Assembly (NCBI RefSeq): GCF_963921235.1
Contig: NC_086108.1
Span: 110,982,001 to 111,046,000 of the forward strand
Reading direction: 5' to 3'
Source of the DNA: Mobula hypostoma
Lineage: Eukaryota
Length of the DNA: 64,000 bases
A program made the translations under genes and the position numbers. The notes under the pieces are model-generated. The model was not told the origin of the DNA, did no database searches, and worked only from the letters and a program-made list of their open reading frames with translations. Below, one piece after another: positions 61,268 through 64,000 of the stretch (positions are counted from its first letter, which is position 1; every line of letters begins with the position of its first letter).

Positions 61268-61954
61268 CCTTTGTTGCCATGCCGCTGGAATTTTCTTTCA
61301 TATAATATTAATATTAAACTGCCCCGCAATGTAAAATAAAATAGAGGGAACATTGCTCCTTGACTCAAAGGGCTTGTTACCAGGTTGCATCTGTAAATAA
61401 AAATAATATAAATAAATGTGAAACTCGGTCCTCAAGTATTTTTAAAATAGAACTTTAGATCTAACTGATTACGCACCAGTGTGGTTTGTACATTCACACA
61501 GAGGTAGAGGTGTTAGAATTAAAAAGAAATGGAATAGGTTTATTAATGTCACAAGGGCCATAACGAGATCAAGAGTCCACCTTATTGTACGTGTGGTCCA
61601 TTCATTAAAATTAATTTACATTAAATTGAAATATTTTTATATATTGTACTGTGATTTTAAGATTTTTATGTACTGTCACCAAACAAGATATTTCACAACA
61701 TACGTCTGATCCTGAGTCAATGGTCATATAAAAGCGTGGTAGAAGCTATCTGTGTACGTGACCTTGAGACCGTATGCCTGGTTAAATGAAGCATAATCAG
61801 GCCATTCAGCCATTTGAGTCTGCTCCACCATTTGATCGTGTTTGATTTATTATCCCTCTCAATCCCATTCTCTTGCCTTCTCCCCGTAAACAAGACCATA
61901 AAACATAGGAGTGGAATTAGGGCACTATGCTTTGCCATCCCATCATGGCCAGTT

Positions 61955-63155
61955 TAGAAACATAGAAAACCTACAGCACAATACAGGCCCTTCGGCCAGT
62001 AAAGCTGTGCTGAACATGTCCTTATCTTAGAACTATCTAGGGTTAACCCGTAGCCCTCTATTTTTGTAAGCTCTATCCGGGAGTTTCTTAAAAGACCTTA
62101 TCGTTTCCACCTCCACCAGCACTGCCGAAGCCTATTCCACGTATTCACCGCTCTCTGCGTAAAAAAAACTTACCCCGACATCTTCTCTGTACCTATTTCC
62201 AAACACCTTAAAACTATACCATTCCACCCCTGGGAGAAAGCCTCTGACTATCCACACGATCAATGCCTCTCATCATCTTATACACCTCTATCAGGTCACC
62301 TCTCATCTTCCGTTGCTCCAAGGAGAAAAGGCCGAGTTCACTCAACCTATTCTCATAAGGCATACACCCCAATCCAGGCAACATCCTTGTACATCTCCTC
62401 TGCATCCTTTCTATGGTTTCCACATCCTTCCTATAGTGAGGCAACCAGAATTGAGCACAGTACTCCAAGTGAGGTCTGACCGGGGTCCTATATAGCTGCA
62501 ACATTACCTCTTGGCTCTTAAACTCAATCCCACGATTGATGAAGGCCAATGCACTGTATGCCTTCTTAACCACAGATTCAACCTGCTTAGCAGCCTTGAG
62601 TGTCCTATGGATTTGGACCCCAAGATCCCTCTGATCCTCCACACTGCCAAGAGTCTTACCATTAATACTATATTCTGCCATCATATTTGACCTACCAAAA
62701 TGAACCACCTCACACTTATCTGAGTTGAACTCCATCTGCCACTTCTCAGCCCAGTTTTGCATCCTATCAATGTCCCGTTGTAACCTCTGACAGCCCTCTA
62801 CACTATCCACAAAACCCCCAACCTTTGTGTCATCAGCAAATGTACTAACTCATCCCTCCACTTCCTCATCCAGGTCATTTATAAAAATCACAAAGAGTAG
62901 GGGGTCCAAGAACAGGGCCCTGAGGCACACCACTGGTCACCGACCCTCATGTAGAATATGACCCATCTACAACCACTGTTTGCCTTCTGTGGGCAAGCCA
63001 GTTCTGGATTTAGTAAGCAATATCCCCTTGGATCCCATGCCTCCTTACTTTCTCAATAAGCCTTGCATGGGGTACCTTATTGAATGCCTTGCTAAAATCC
63101 ATATACACTACATCTACTGCTCTACCCTCATCAATGTGTTTAGTCACATCCTCAA
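61955..63155 (-). mobile_element. 5'-truncated CR1 LINE
   Basis: ORFs 62214..62810 and 63010..63228 (MDFSKAFNKVPH, WQMEFN, RPHLEYC); tagaaaca tail. Confidence 0.88.
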
Positions 63156-64000
63156 GACATCTTTCGATCTTTTTCTCCTGCGTTCTCCCCATAACCTTTG
63201 ATCCCCTGACTAACCAACAACCTATCAACGTCTGCTTTAAATATACTTAATGACATGGCCTTTGCAGCCTTCTGTGACAATGAGTTCCACAGATCCATCA
63301 CCCTCCAGATAAAGATATTCATCCTCAGTTTTATTCTAAATGGACGTCCCTCTATTCTGAGGCTGTGCCCTCTGGTCCTAGATTCACCCACTATAGGAAA
63401 CATTCTCTCCACATCCACTCTATCAAGGCGTTTCAATATTCGACACGTTTCAATGAAATCCCCTTCATGCTCTGAACCCTCTCCAATACCAGCACATCTT
63501 TTCCTAGATAAGGAATCCAAAACTGCTCACAATGCTCCAAGTAGGGTTTGAGCAATGCCTCAAAGTTTCAGCATCACATCCTTGCTCTTATATTTCAGTT
63601 TTCATGAAATGGATGAGAACATTACCTTTGCCTTCCTCCCGCTAATGCAAAATACAAGTTAACCTTTAGGGAATTCCACAAGAACTCCCAAGTGGGAGAT
63701 GACTGATGAGATTATGAGGGCATTAATTATTTTTCAAGAATCTCTATATTCTGGAATGTTTCAGGAGGACTGGAAGATTGCAAATGTCATTTCACTCTTT
63801 AAGAAGGGAGAGGGGCCAAAGAAAGAAAATTATAGGCCAGTCAGCCTCAGTTTTTTAAAAAAAATTCTCCTTATTTAGAAAATAGTCTCCTAATGTAAAT
63901 GACCTTACACTTCCCTTCACTATATTCCATCTACCACTTCTTTGCCCATTCTGCCAATCTGTCCAAATCCTTCAGCAGACTCCCTGCTTCCTGAACACCA

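Noticed and set aside
60777..64000. Next kinase exon (subdomain XI) or cyclase exons
   Set aside because: Searched by eye and found only SINE and CR1 sequence; the gene presumably continues past the window end.

Overview
Vertebrate genomic DNA, most likely a cartilaginous fish (inferred from CR1, Rex-Babar, RTE, Penelope and V-SINE repeats). Most of the window is decayed retroelement sequence. One spliced + strand gene crosses almost the whole window. I reconstructed 15 GT-AG coding exons by hand (545-60776; 1629 nt; 543 aa; phases consistent at every junction; no stop codons). The protein has a signal peptide, a ~210-aa His/Cys-rich ectodomain that is not the natriuretic-peptide-receptor fold, a RET-like CxDGxC..E..CPxDC cysteine motif, one TM helix and a receptor-guanylyl-cyclase-type pseudokinase domain. 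The cyclase domain is predicted beyond the window end. The introns contain a multi-level nested retroelement stack, a near full-length CR1, many Penelope-derived repeats with minimal hammerhead-ribozyme motifs, SINEs with target-site duplications, and a ~7-kb 51-bp minisatellite whose unit derives from a CR1 ORF2 fragment.
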